Of a stretch of DNA of 64,000 bases, positions 1 to 14,936 are shown one piece after another. The stretch lies in NCBI RefSeq assembly GCF_009914755.1, contig NC_060929.1; one strand, written 5' to 3'. Source of the stretch: the human T2T-CHM13v2.0 reference genome, Homo sapiens. The notes beneath the pieces are model-generated. The model saw only the letters and a list, made by a program, of their open reading frames with translations, did no database searches and was not told where the DNA came from. A program made the translations under genes and the position numbers. The first letter of the stretch is position 1, and every line of letters begins with the position of its first letter.

Positions 1-330
1 CACTGAGCAGGCCGGGCCCCCACCGAGAGGGGGTCCCACACGCCACCCGCACACTGGCTCCACTCCCACGCCAGGAAGGAGCGCGAGGTGCAGAGCCACC
101 TCCAGGTGACCCCATCCACACCCAGCAACGGCAGAGTCCCCCTCTTCCCCAGGGAGCAGCTCCATGCCACTCCCTCGACACAGAGGGCCCTCTGCTCCGG
201 AGGACATTCGCTCTCTCTGCAGCCACCCTGTCTGGTCATCTCCTCTTGAGGATTCAGACCCCGGACTTCCCAGTGCCTGCTGTGCTGCCTTGGGCTGAGC
301 ACCCGGGACCTAACAACGATGCCTAGCACT

Positions 331-454
331 TGTGTTCATCAGCTGGGCTCCCAACACAGAGCCACACGACTGTGTGTGTTCATCAGCTGGGCTCCCGTCA
401 CAGAGCCGCACGACTGTGTGTGTTCATCAGCTGGGCTCCCATCACAGAGCCGCA
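331..454. repeat. Tandem repeat, 44-bp unit, ~2.8 copies, at an MLT1 LTR terminus
   Basis: tgtgttcatcagctgggctccc..cacagagcc.cac recurs at 331, 375 and 419. Confidence 0.9.
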
Positions 455-786
455 AGGACTATGGGACTAGAACAGCAGAACCATTGTCTAGCAGTCCTGG
501 AGGCTGCAAGTCCGAGTTCAAGGTGTTGGCAGAGTTGGTTTCTTGCAAGCCCTCTCTCCTTGGCTTGCAGGTGGCCGCCTTCCCCTAGCTTCCACACATG
601 GTTGTCCCTGTGTGTCTGTGTCCTAAACTCCTCTTCTTATAAAGACATCAGTCATATTGGATGAGTAACCTCATTTGAATTTAATGACTTCGTAAGTTCC
701 TATCTCCTAATCTATGCACACTCAGAGCTACTGGTGGTAGGACTTTAACCGCTGAATTGTAGGGGAACACAATTCGCCCCATTACA
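419..786 (-). mobile_element. MLT1B-like MaLR solo LTR
   Basis: Matches recalled MLT1 reverse-strand consensus (ctggaggctg.aagtcc.ag.tcaaggtg; tcttataa.gaca.cagtcatattggat; acacaattc.gccc.attaca). Confidence 0.8.
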
Positions 787-799
787 CTGGTCCAGCACT

Positions 800-948
800 G
801 ACCACATGTGAGGCAGTATTCTAAATGCTTTAACTCACTCATTTCTCTCAACATCCCTCAGAGGTGGGAACTATTTTAACCATCCTCATGTTACAGATGA
901 AAAAACTAAGGCTCAGAGCCATGACAACAATTGTCCAAGGTCGCCAGC
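800..948 (-). mobile_element. MIR SINE fragment
   Basis: MIR core on the reverse strand (ttacagatgaaaaaactaaggctcagag...ttgtccaaggtc). Confidence 0.75.
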
Positions 949-974
949 ACCTACACTGGCTTGTGTGTGCCTCA

Positions 975-1065
975 TTGGTGTCCCCAGCTAGAAGCTGTGC
1001 CCCGTGAGGACAGCAGTTGATTGCACCATTCCCAATGCCTGGCACAGAGAGAGTGCTGAGTGAGG
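975..1065 (+). mobile_element. L2 3'-end fragment
   Basis: ccccagctagaagctg...tgaggacagc...tgcctggcacagagagagtgct resembles the L2 3' end. Confidence 0.5.
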
Positions 1066-2229
1066 GAGTGGTGGCCAGAGAGGAGCTGCCCTCCAAGGAC
1101 TGTAGCCCCGCAGAGGCCTCCCTTTCAATGCTCAGCTCAGAGCTGAGCTCTCTGGCCCCCTGGCAACCAGCCCCTGCTCCCCAGGCCCCAGGCCTGCCCA
1201 GACACAGGAGCCGCAGGGCCACACAGATGGCACAGCCCTTTGGTAAAAATCAATGCCATTGCCAGTGAGCAGCTGGGCCAAGCTTCCCAGAGTGCTACGG
1301 TATCCCAGCAACAACACGCACATCCCCTTGTCTGCAAGCTCCTGAGAAGATACTGCTCCCAGACACCACAGCCCAGCTAGTCCCAGCTTGACTCAGGAGC
1401 CACTGAACCTGCAGCCTCCACCCAGGCTGGTATGGGCTGGGCAGGCCTCCTGGGCCAGAGACAGACCCCTGTGGGGGAGGCTGAGAATGGGATCCAGGTT
1501 AAAGACCCCACCCACCACCACAGGCCCCCAGGTCTGCTGCCCTCCTAGTTAATCCTCTTAGATCAGGGAAAACTGCAGGGAGCCTGTCTGCCATGTGAGC
1601 AGTTATGATTTGACAGGAGTCTGTAAGCAGATGCATGTGCAGGATCCTTCATGGAGATGCCAAGTAGTTGAACCAGGAAAGCATCATCCTCATTCACCTA
1701 GATCAGCTACAGAAGTGGGCACTGAACCCAGACCTGGGCAAGAGCCCAGTGTATCCGCTCCCTGTGTCATCAGCTTGTGTGGTCAGGGTGCCCAATTCCA
1801 GAGCCAGGGATCCTGGCGGGCTGTGAGAACTTCCTTGAGCCCCTTGCCAGTGTGGGGCTGCCAGCCCTGGGCCCCGGGGAAGGGGAGCAGGAGGCCGGAG
1901 CCCAGCTCCAGACTCCCGGAGACCGCACAGCTCCAGCCCTTCCCGAGGCTCTGGGCTCACGTATGTTCAGGTCCCCTATTTCAGTTTCCTTGGCCTTGTT
2001 TGCTCCGTTGCTAGTGCTCTTTACTCCCCGACTTTTAACTTTTCAGAAATCTTTGTAGCTCCTTTCCTGTTTTATCTCGCCCATTGATTGAGGAAGCTGT
2101 TGGCTCATTTCATCTGGCATATTTTTCTTGTTTTACATTTACGGTGTGTTGTTTTGTTTCCATCACATTGTATTTTGAAGAGTCTTCTCTTTCTATTTGG
2201 CCTTGTCTGTGGGTGGCAGCGTTTTTGGA

Positions 2230-2430
2230 GGAAGGGCCCAGGTTTTGGAGCTGGGCAGACCCTGACTCAGCTATAGCTCTGCCAGGCTGGTAATTTTTTG
2301 GCCTCTTACAGTCACTTTAAGTCTCTGAGCCTCAGTTTCCTCCTATTAAAAATAGGAATAGTCATACCTGTGGGAAGGTTCAGGCCTATTCGGTATTGTT
2401 CATTTAAAGCGCCTGGCACAGGGCCTGTCC
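2230..2430 (+). mobile_element. MIR SINE
   Basis: ctctgagcctcagtttcctc...taaagcgcctggcacagggcctg matches the MIR core and tail. Confidence 0.75.
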
Positions 2431-2639
2431 ATTATGGGGGCACCGTCATTGCTAGCACATGTCAACGCTGGCACCAGGAGCGTGGGCTTCTGCTGTGTCC
2501 CAAATTGTGAGACCAGTGGTCTTCTTTGTCTTCCCGTCCCACACCTGAACAGCTGTGAGGAGGGTCTCGACCACATGCCAGGAACCTCAGTGCTCCCCCT
2601 CGATAAGGGACAGAGCTGTCCACACCACCCCTCGCCCTC

Positions 2640-2755
2640 TTTGGGACGCTGCGCACTCTGGCAGTGGTAGGGCGGAGAGCTGTCAATCAAATGCAGTGCC
2701 TCACCTCCTGCGGCAGGATTGGACGTTCGGCCCAAGCCGGACCAATCAGCATCCT
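2640..2755. promoter_or_regulatory. Candidate promoter-type motif cluster (MRE, GC box, PBX/PREP decamer, two CCAAT boxes)
   Basis: TGCGCAC 2650-2656, GGGCGG 2670-2675, CTGTCAATCA 2680-2689 (reverse complement TGATTGACAG), ATTGG 2718-2722, CCAAT 2742-2746; locally CpG-rich. Confidence 0.45.
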
Positions 2756-3682
2756 TCCCCAGTGCTTTCCGACTGGACCTAAGGCTTGAGGCACATTTCC
2801 TCTTGGAGGAGCGGCTCTGAAGCGAGGGTCTGCCACTGTCGGGAGCCTAGAGGGGAAGAAGCTGGCCTGGGCCAGGCCCCAGAAGTGGACGAGAGAGGGT
2901 CTGGACATGCTGCGCCTACTGCCGGGGCCCCTTGGACGCAGCAACAGTTTGGTTCTAAGAGCCCGTCAGCTGGTCTGAGCCAGCTTCTGACAGTTGCAGC
3001 CAAGAATCCTAATTCAAACGCCCACGGCTCTGCCAGGCCGCCAAGATGGGTTCCCATAACCTGAGCTCCCTCTCCAATTCAGACAGACTCTGGAGGGCTC
3101 CCCAGGGAACACATGATTGAGCCCACTTACCAAGCCGGCAGGCTTCTCTCTCCAGGAAGGCACCAAATTTTCATGGACCAGCTCACAAGCTGGAGCCTGG
3201 GGTGGCTCCACACCCCAAGCAGGCAGGCTCCTTCACACAGGAGGACACCCTGGCAAGGGGTGCCTGAGAGCAGGGCCCCACAGGCCTGGGTGAGTAGGGC
3301 ATCTAGGTGGCTCACGAGGACACTGCATATTCTGAGTCTCAATCCCTAGGAAGGAGACCAGGGTGTGTTCTGGGAGCTGGGAACAGGGCAGGGCTGTGGG
3401 TGTTGGGGTACGAGGTCTGCACCCAGCCAATCAGCGTCGGGGTCCAGGGTGTGTGCCCTGTCCCACTGCAAGAGAGGGGCCGAGGCAGGGAGCCAGGACA
3501 CAGGGTACAGAAGGCATGCAGTCAGATGGATGAGGCCAGCAGGGACAAAGGGAGACACACCAGGCCCAGGGCTGCGGCAGGCCCATCAAGGGACTCTCTG
3601 CCCCCTCAGAAGTGCCCTCACGCTGTTCGGCAGCCAGGCATAGGTGGAGAGTCATGGTCCAGTCAGGCGGCCCCGACTTCAG

Positions 3683-4258
3683 GTCAGAGGGCACGGAGGA
3701 CGTCCGGGCAGAGGACTTGGAGGACGTCAGGGCAGAGGACTTGGAGGACGTCAGGGCAGAGAGCACAGAGTACGTCAGGGCAGAGAGCAAGGAGGACGTC
3801 AGGGCAGAGGACTCAGAGGGCGTTGGGGCAGAGGGCACGGAGGACGTCGGTGCAGAGGACTCAGAGGACGTCAGGGCAGAGGGCACGGAGGACGTTGGGG
3901 CAGAGGACTTGGAGGACGTCGGGGCAGAAGGCACAGAGGACGTCGGGACAGAGGGCACGGAGGACGTCGGGGCAGAGGACTCAGAGGACATCAGGGCAGA
4001 GAGCTCAGAGGACATCGGGGCAGAGAGCACAGAGGACGTCGGGGCAGAGGGCACGGAGGACGTCGGGGCAGAGGACTCAGAGGACATTGGGGCAGAGAGC
4101 ACGCAGGACGTCAGGGCAGAGGACTCAGAGGACGTCGGGGCAGAGGGCACGGAGGACGTTGGGGCAGAGGGCACAGAGGACGTCGGGGCAGAGGACTCAG
4201 GATGTCAGGGCAGAGGGCACAGAGGATGCCAGGGCAGAGGGCACAGAGGATGTCAGGG
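3683..4258. repeat. Minisatellite/VNTR, 24-bp unit (gcagaggRcWYRgaggacgtcRgg), ~24 copies
   Basis: Periodicity is directly visible; produces 8-aa repeats in several frames. Confidence 0.95.
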
Positions 4259-4357
4259 CCCTCTCCTCTAATCATCTCAGGTGCTGTTCTCTATCACCTC
4301 ATCAGGAGCAGGACCGACTGCCAAGGCCGCCGTGGTAGGGAAGTTTCTCCACAAGAT

Positions 4358-4753
4358 TGTGCTTATACGTTTTGCGTTGCCATAAAAGAACGCCGGAGAC
4401 TGGGCCGTTTATAAAGAAGAGAGGTTTATTTGGTCCACAGTTCTGCAGGCAGTACCGGAGGCATGGCAGCAGCATCTGCTTGGGGTCAGGGCCTCAGGAA
4501 GCTTACCCTCCTGGTGGGAGGGGAAGGGTAGCAGAGGTGTCCCACAGTGACAGATGGAGCAAGAGAGAGGAGCTACCTAGGCTCTTTCTAACAATCAGAT
4601 CTCATGGGAATTCATTACCACAGGGAGGGCACCAGGCCATTCATGAGGGATTGGCCCATGTCACCCAAGCACCTCCCACCAGGTCCCACCTCCAGCATTG
4701 AGGGTCAGATTTCAGTATGAGATTTGGAGAGGACAAACATCCAAACTGTATCA
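4358..4753 (-). mobile_element. MSTA/MSTB MaLR solo LTR
   Basis: ataaagaagagaggtttatttgg..cacagttctgcagg; ends ccaaactgtatca (reverse of the MST start). Confidence 0.85.
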
Positions 4754-5080
4754 ACCACCCTACATGAACCAGTGCCTGCCTTTCTGACCTCCCCACTCAC
4801 TCTGCTCCCCCTTCCCCACACTCCCCCTCCTTGTGCTTAAACAGGCCATGCAGTTCCCACCCAGATGGGAACGCAGAAGTGCTGAGAAGCCTCTGGCTGC
4901 TGAGAAGGACCGGAGGCGCTCAGGCAGGGCTTCACTGAGGAGGGACATCTTCAGCTGGGAACAACTCTTCCACACAGCATCCATGGTGTTTGTCTACACT
5001 CCAGTTTCTCTACTGTCAAATAATGTCCTGGTCTGGCCAAGAGGGCACTGTCTTCTCATCAAGCTATGAGGGTCCCAAGG

Positions 5081-5483
5081 AAGAGGAGCCCAGCCAGGGA
5101 ATGGGAGAAGGGGGAGGAGTCCAGCTGGGGGAGAGAAGAAAAGGGGGAGGAGCTCAGCGGGGGAGGGGAATGAGGTAGGAGTCCAGCCAGGAGAGGGGGA
5201 AAGGGGGAGGAGCTCAGCAGGGGAGGGGGGAAGGGGGAGGAGTCCATTCAGGGGAGGGGGAGAGGGAAGTGTCCAACTGGGGGAGGGGGGAAGGGGGAAG
5301 AGTCCAACTGGGGGAGGGGGAAGAGGGAGGACTCCAGCCCCTGGGGAGGAGGAGCCCAGCCAGGGGTGGTGGGGAAGGGGAAGGATCTCAGTGGGGGAGG
5401 GGGAAGGGGGAGGAGTCCAGCCAGAGGAGGGGAAAAAGGGAGGAGTCCGGCTGGGGGAGGGGAAAGGGGGAGGAGCTCAGCCC
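5081..5483 (+). repeat. G-rich minisatellite, ~30-bp unit, ~13 copies, G-quadruplex prone
   Basis: Repeating ggggaagggggaggagtccagc / gagctcag with G4-G6 runs. Confidence 0.9.
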
Positions 5484-5573
5484 AATGCCCCCTCCTGGGC
5501 TGTACTGCATGAGAGTGGCTACCAGCCAGACCAGCCATGTCTATACCACCAGGTCCCACCAGAATTGTGGACA

Positions 5574-6273
<700 letters not shown>

Positions 6274-6819
6274 TCAGGTGGAGGCAGGGGCAATGCTGCT
6301 CACGGAGGCAGCACCCACCAGGCCAGATCCAGAGACACTGGCAGGGAGACCTTCTAGAGCAGGCTCGTTGGAAGGAAGAACATCCCTGTCTTTATACACA
6401 TTTAACCCAGAGCCGCCCACTCCTCCCCAGGCACCATCTAGATCCACAAGCAGTGAGGCAGGTTTTAAAGCCATCTTCTCACTCCTGTCTCAGGACCAGG
6501 AAAATGTCTCCTGCCATTTACATAACTGAGAGAGAAGCCCCTCAGGGAGCAAGGGAGATGTGCCTAGAGGAGGCTGCTGCGCCCGAAACAGCCGGCAGAG
6601 TCAGAGGAGCACAGACACATTCAGTCCCCGCAGGGCACCGCTCTGGTGGGGCACCTGTGCCAAGGCAGGCAGGTGTGAAAGCACGTGACCTGGTGGGGAG
6701 AGGGCCAGTGTTGGATGCCCGGGGTGTGTAGCTGTGTAGGGGCTGCGAATGCGGCTGGAAAAATGGGGGCGCAGAACTCAGCCAGCCTAAGGGTTTAGCT
6801 GTCACCCTGGGAGGATTTT

Positions 6820-7141
6820 TGTCAGGAATTCAAGACAAGGATCGAATGTCCTAAATTTGACCACAAGTCTTCCTTGTTCCAGGAAAGAATGCACCAAACC
6901 CTGCATGATTGTTTATTCACATCCACTTAGCAGGCTGGTGAGCAGCGTGCGGAGGAGGCGGCAGAACCAGAACCTGGACGCAGGAGAAGGACGGGGGGCA
7001 CGAGATGGGCACAGGACGCCTCCCAATCAAGGCTGCTCTGTGGGTTTCAGAAACGGGACACCCATCCCTTCAGGCATCCATAGCGTGTGAACTGTAGGAC
7101 TACAGGGTGCAGGTCACCCCAGAGCTCAGCATCCAAACCAG
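6820..7141 (+). repeat. Left arm of a diverged inverted duplication (partner 8276-8610)
   Basis: Aligns end to end with the reverse complement of 8276-8610, roughly 80-85% identity by eye. Confidence 0.9.
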
Positions 7142-8275
7142 TGGGGCACAGCTTCGGCCTCCCACCTGCCCAGGCTCACCAGAGACACTGGCTGTGGGCA
7201 GAGATGACCTGGAGCCAGGAGCCAGGAGCTGTGGCGCAGCGGGTAGAGGCCGGGCCCACCGCCATGCCATCGTGGTGAGGCTGTTGCCAGACCCCAGCTG
7301 GAAACAAAGATCCTCCAGGCCCAGCCATGGAGGAGGAAAGAGGTATTAAAGGATGGGGGGTGGTGGTGAAAATGTGCAGAGGCCCCAAAGCCTCCTTTCC
7401 AGCCAGTGATGCCAGGAAGCACCAGGGGCAGCAGCAGACAGGCCATGGTGTCCTCTGAGACTGGGTGAGGCTCTATGGCCCGAGTGCCTGACGCAGAGCC
7501 AGGCACACAGGGCCACCTCCAGTGGATGTGCTTTACTCCACCTGCTCTCAGAACCTGGAGCCTGCATTTCCCTATTCGTTGGACGGTGTGACAACCCCCA
7601 GCTCCATAGCTCAGTAGTGCAGGTCAGTGTGGTAAGGGGGATTCAGTGCCCAGCCCAGTGCCTGGTGCCCGGGGCTGCTCACCACAGCCTGGGGATGCAT
7701 GCTTCCAGGTGCCACCATTGTCCTCATGGCTGGCACCCTCAGTACCCACCCCAACTCCTATCCCTACACCCAGCACCCTGGTGCTCTCTCCAAAGCCTGG
7801 AATTGATCTCTTTATGTCCTTGCTGAAAACCTGCCCATGGCTCCCCACATCCCGCACTGTCAAGGGCAACTTTCTTAGCCTGACATACAAGGCCTGTTAC
7901 TCACCCTGGCCAGGCTTCCTGGACACGCCATCAACCACAGCTCCACAAGCCCTCCTGTTCTCCAAGCACAGAAGCTTCATGCCCTGGTCTTCCCAACCTC
8001 TGTGTCACTGGCTGGGCTGGGGCCTTCATGCACCCCTCAGGGAGACAGCAGAGTAGTGAGAGCTTGGGCTTCAGACATGGATTCACATCCACCAACTCCT
8101 GACAGTCTCGGGCAGAGCAGCTGCCTGCCTGCTTCTCAGATCCCTGCTATAGAAAGCAAGGCCGTGATGACAGCGTAAAAGCATGCGTCGGCCACACACA
8201 GGCTTCCCACCACTGCCTCTGCCCTCCACACCACTGTTCCCTTTCCCCTAGTTCCCCCAACTGAACAATTTCCGG

Positions 8276-8610
8276 CTGGTTTCAATGCTGAGCTCTGGGA
8301 TGACCTTCACCCTACAGTCCTACAGTTCACACACTATGGATGCTTGAAGGGACGGGTGTTCCCATTTCTGAAACCCACAGAGCAGCTTTGATTGGGGAGC
8401 ATCCGGTGTCCATCTCGTGCCCCCCGCCCCCGTCCTTGTCCTGCATCCTGGTTCTTGTTCTGCTGCCCCCTCTGCATGCTGCCACTGCCTCCTAAGTGGA
8501 TGTGCATATTTTCCCAAACAATCATGCAGGGTCTGGTGCATTCTTTCCCAGAACAAGGAACACTCGTGGTCAAATTCAGGACATTCAATCCTTGTCCTAG
8601 ATTCCTGACA
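8276..8610 (-). repeat. Right arm of the inverted duplication (partner 6820-7141)
   Basis: Reverse complement runs from tgtcaggaatctaggacaaggattgaatgtcc to cagagctcagcattgaaaccag. Confidence 0.9.
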
Positions 8611-8659
8611 TAGACTAGGACTTAAGACAGTTATCGCATTGCATGTCACTGGTCCCAGG

Positions 8660-9045
8660 GATTTCTCAAGCAACTTTAGTGGGTCTAATCAGAGTGAGCC
8701 TCGGAGTTCCTGGGATGGAAAGTCCCTCTCTCCCGTGGGTGCCTTGGGAACACAAAACACTCTTCTCCAGGAGGCAGCTGGGTGAAGGTGGATGGCTGCA
8801 ATGGCGCAGTTACTTGCCTCTGTGGTGGGCACCAGGCTAAGGATGAATCCAGTAGCAGAACCAAGAGAATCCCAGAGGAGGACTGCAGCTGGTTCTTGGT
8901 GACATCATTTGAATGGCTGGATCAAGCCTCACCTGCAGCCAGCAAGATGACCTCTGGACTTGTCAGGAACAGGAGCCCATCAATTCCCTTTAGAGGTGAA
9001 GCCAGTTTACGTGGATTTCTGTTGCTTACAATGCAGATGCATAGT
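8660..9045 (+). mobile_element. Old MaLR LTR (MLT1J/K-like)
   Basis: ggtgacatcatttgaa...ctggatcaagcc...cctctggact...gagccca.caattccc...aagccagttt. Confidence 0.6.
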
Positions 9046-9233
9046 GGACGCTGCTGCCTCACCTCGGCTTGAGCATGGCACACGTGCAGTCAGTGGCACC
9101 TATTCCAGGAAGCTCGCCTTGCGGTCATAAGGCAGATGTCTTCTTTGCCCACCCCTGTCCCATCTGCATCCTTGAATTCTCAAGAAAGAGACTATTTTCA
9201 GGCACCCTTGCATACTCAGAACCTTGGTGTTGT

Positions 9234-9332
9234 ATGCCCAACACACACCAATGCCCAAACGCACACCAATGCCCAGCACACACCAATGCCCAACGCACAC
9301 CAATGCCCAACACACACCAATGCTCAAACACA
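9234..9332. repeat. Tandem repeat, 17-bp unit atgcccaacacacacca, ~6 copies
   Basis: Directly visible. Confidence 0.9.
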
Positions 9333-10296
9333 TAAGCTGAGTGAATGGTCACTCCAGGATGCAAGCAATGTGAAATTGAAAAGTAGGTGAGCACGTCAAA
9401 GTTCAGCCTGCATGCCAATTCCTACTGAGCCCCTCAGCATCCAGGAGAATATCAAGGTGTACAAGAGGATTCTGAAGAAAAGAGTTTAGGGTGCATTTAT
9501 TTGGAGAGAGCCTTTGCTATGCTGTGCATGCTCCCCTTCCAAGGAGGAAGCGTGAGGTGCGACCTCCCTCACCTCTAGCCTCCTGAGAGCGCTTCCATGG
9601 TGTCACTCAGAGGCCCTGTACACTGAGGGCTGGGGTCTGCTGATCACATGGGAGCCAGTGTCAGCCGAGTCGTCGCCGTGGGAGCAGACTGTGAATCAAC
9701 TGCGGCACTGTGCGCGGCCTGCCTGCCTCCCGGAGTCCCGTGGGGCTGAGGATGTAGGATGCTCCTGGGGCCCTCAGCCTAAGCAGATATGAGGACTCCA
9801 CGAGGGGGCTGCATGCAATGAACTTGCAGAAGAAAACTGAGGCTGAGGACACCAGAGGGGCCTGAAGAAGAGGAAACACATCAGCCCCATCACGGCATCT
9901 GCAGGTGAAAAACTCCAGCAGGAAACCTTCGAGGAACCATGGAGCGGCCCCTTGAGAGAGGCAGCTTCCCATACCCGCCAGGCCGACAGGAAGCCGGCCC
10001 ACCTGGTGGCAAGGTGGGGCTCCAGATGGAGAAACAGTAAGGCGGCCCCACCATGAGGGGACATGCAGGCACATTTGGAGTGTAGGCCGTTCTCATGAGC
10101 TGGACGTCCTTATTTCTGAATGGTGTCTGTGAGAACCTCTTGCTTGAGCATGAGCTGAAAGGTGCTGAGACCAGGCCAGTTTTCACATGGGGAGGGCAAC
10201 ACCTTCTCCAACCAAATGCATTTAAGGGGCCGGTGGGAGAAAAGCCGTTGTGTTTCGATTCATTGCGGGGGGGCGTTTGCTCACCCGTCCAGATGA

Positions 10297-10817
<521 letters not shown>

Positions 10818-11195
10818 TTGGTTTGTTTCCTTTTAAACAACCTCTGTTTTCACTTGCTTTGAACACTTTATTCGGGAGAATTCGAGTTCTAACAAGCCCT
10901 CACACTGATATTAGTTCTCCCCATCATCTTTATGGAGCTTGTTATTTCCCATCTGTGGCTGCTTTTCTCTTGATTATGTCCCATTCCTTTATGTGGCTCT
11001 TACCCGGGCCCCTGCCACATGGCTGGGCCAAGGCACAGGCTCTGAGACTGCTGGCCTGGGCTCAAGACCAGTTCACATGCTGCTCCAGGATTTCAGGCCA
11101 GGTCCTTACCTCCCTCACCAAGGGCCAAGAGCCTCATCTGTTAAGTGGAAATAGTAGGCGATGGCCATGAGCAATAGCAAGAACAGCCTTCACAA

Positions 11196-11382
11196 GGCTC
11201 ACTGCTCCACATGGCTGAGTGCTCCACGCGGCTCAGTGCTCCACGCGGCTCAGTGCTGCACGAGACTCACTGCTCCACGTGGCTGAGTGCTCCACGAGAC
11301 TCACTGCTCCACATGGCTGAGTGCTCCACGCGACTCACTGCTCCACGCGGCTCACTGCTCCACGCGACTCACTGCTCCACGC
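11196..11382. repeat. Minisatellite, 17-bp unit gRctcactgctccacgc, 11 copies
   Basis: Directly visible. Confidence 0.93.
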
Positions 11383-12376
11383 GTAGCTTCTGACACTGCC
11401 GAGCATTTTCAACAGCTGTGTCTCGGCCTCACAACTGTGGCCTATGGTTCTCTTTCTTCCAGAGTTGAGATGACATGCAACTACTTTTCCTTGTAATTTT
11501 TAAAATTACCTTTTAAATCATCAGGAATTCATCGTGATGTCTGGGATATGATATGGATTAAAATTTCTTTTTCTCTAGATTAAAATCCAGTTTTCCCATC
11601 TACATTTATTTAATGGCTTCCCCATATAGAAAGAAATGACCTTGTAAATTCAGTTGCAAATCTGGAACTTGCTTGATGATTCATGGATTTCTTTGGACCT
11701 CTGCTGCAGAGATTTGTGCTGAAACCATACTCCTCGGATCACAGCTTTTGTTAACACAGATGTGTGTTCACAGACACCTCTGACTTCTTTTTTTCTACTT
11801 AATTTTTCCCGTCTTCTCATATCATCCCTCCCATGACCTCTAAAGGTGCTTACTCTAAGTCTGGTCTCCTTAAAGACGCATGCTTCCCTGTGAAGTACTC
11901 GGAGCACCACTGCGTGCGTGTTGTTGACTTGCACAAACAATGTCGTGCTCTGACTCTCTTCCATTTCACTTTTCTGTTGTATCGTTGCTTTTGAGCTCTG
12001 TCTGTAGAACTATAGAACAGCAGATTCAGTGTTTCCTCCCCTGTGTATTTCATAGTACACCGCAGCTTGCATCCACCTTGAACCTGGCAGTGAACCCAGA
12101 GTCCATCTCCAGCCCTGCCCTCAGAATCAATGCCACACATACAAAGCATAGCTCTGCACACTCCCTCAGGCATCCTGTGATCACCTCTCTAGCATTGCTG
12201 GGTCAGAGGGCGCATGCACACTCAGTCTTGCTAAATGGTGCCCAATTGCCCAGAGGAACGTTCCCGTCAGTTGTGCCTGATGTTCTGGCACACATCCACG
12301 TTACTATTTGGAACCACCCACCTTCTCAACATCACCACCCTGCTGGATGGACAGTGGCATCTCACTGTTGCTTTAA

Positions 12377-12915
<539 letters not shown>

Positions 12916-13453
12916 GGGCTGTGGTGTTCTTTACTAAACAGATAGCCTTGATTTTGATTTAGCCAAATCCATTCTTTTTTCAGCCCCGGTTTGCATGTGG
13001 GGAGTTTTGCTTAAGAAAACTTTCCCCTGCTATAGGTCACAAAGATGTTATCCTGAGTATTCACTGATCAGCTCTGAAGCTTTCCCTTCCATCCGTAGGC
13101 CTTTAATCCAGCTGGGGACCACCTGGAATACTGGGGTGAAGTGGAAGTCCGGCTTCAAAGGGAGCCAGTTTTCCCAGCTTCATTCACTAAACAACCAGCC
13201 TTGCCCTTTCCCTTTGTGCTGCCACCTTTATCGAGTTCCTGTCTACCCCAGGTCTGTTTTGATCTCTCTGTTCCATGGTCCTGACGCCTGGCCTATGCTG
13301 TTCCCAGGACCACGGCCTCTGCAACACACAATGGCGCCTGCTCAGGAGTTGCCCTGCCCCTTCTCTGCTCTGTGGTTCAAAATTGACTTAGTTTTTTGTG
13401 TTAGGCCATTTGAGCTGCTATTTAAAAAGTACCATAAACAGGTTAGCTAATAA

Positions 13454-14367
<914 letters not shown>

Positions 14368-14565
14368 TAGTTTCTACTAGCCCCACTTCCTAATCCCATC
14401 ACAGCGGGGACTAGGTGGTAGCATGTGAATTCTGGGGGAACACAAACATTCAGATTATAGCATTTGTCTTACACCTTGATCCTTCCACATAAATTCACAG
14501 TGAGTTTATTCATCTCCTCGACAATTCCAGCTGGAATTTTGATCAGGATTACATTTAATGCATAG

Positions 14566-14936
<371 letters not shown>

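Noticed and set aside
1130-1148. 19-bp palindrome gctcagctc-a-gagctgagc
   Set aside because: Short and isolated, with no supporting context; plausible by chance.
3307-4414. Long ORFs of 343, 256, 247 and 219 aa
   Set aside because: Produced by the stop-free 24-bp VNTR; no domain or gene structure.
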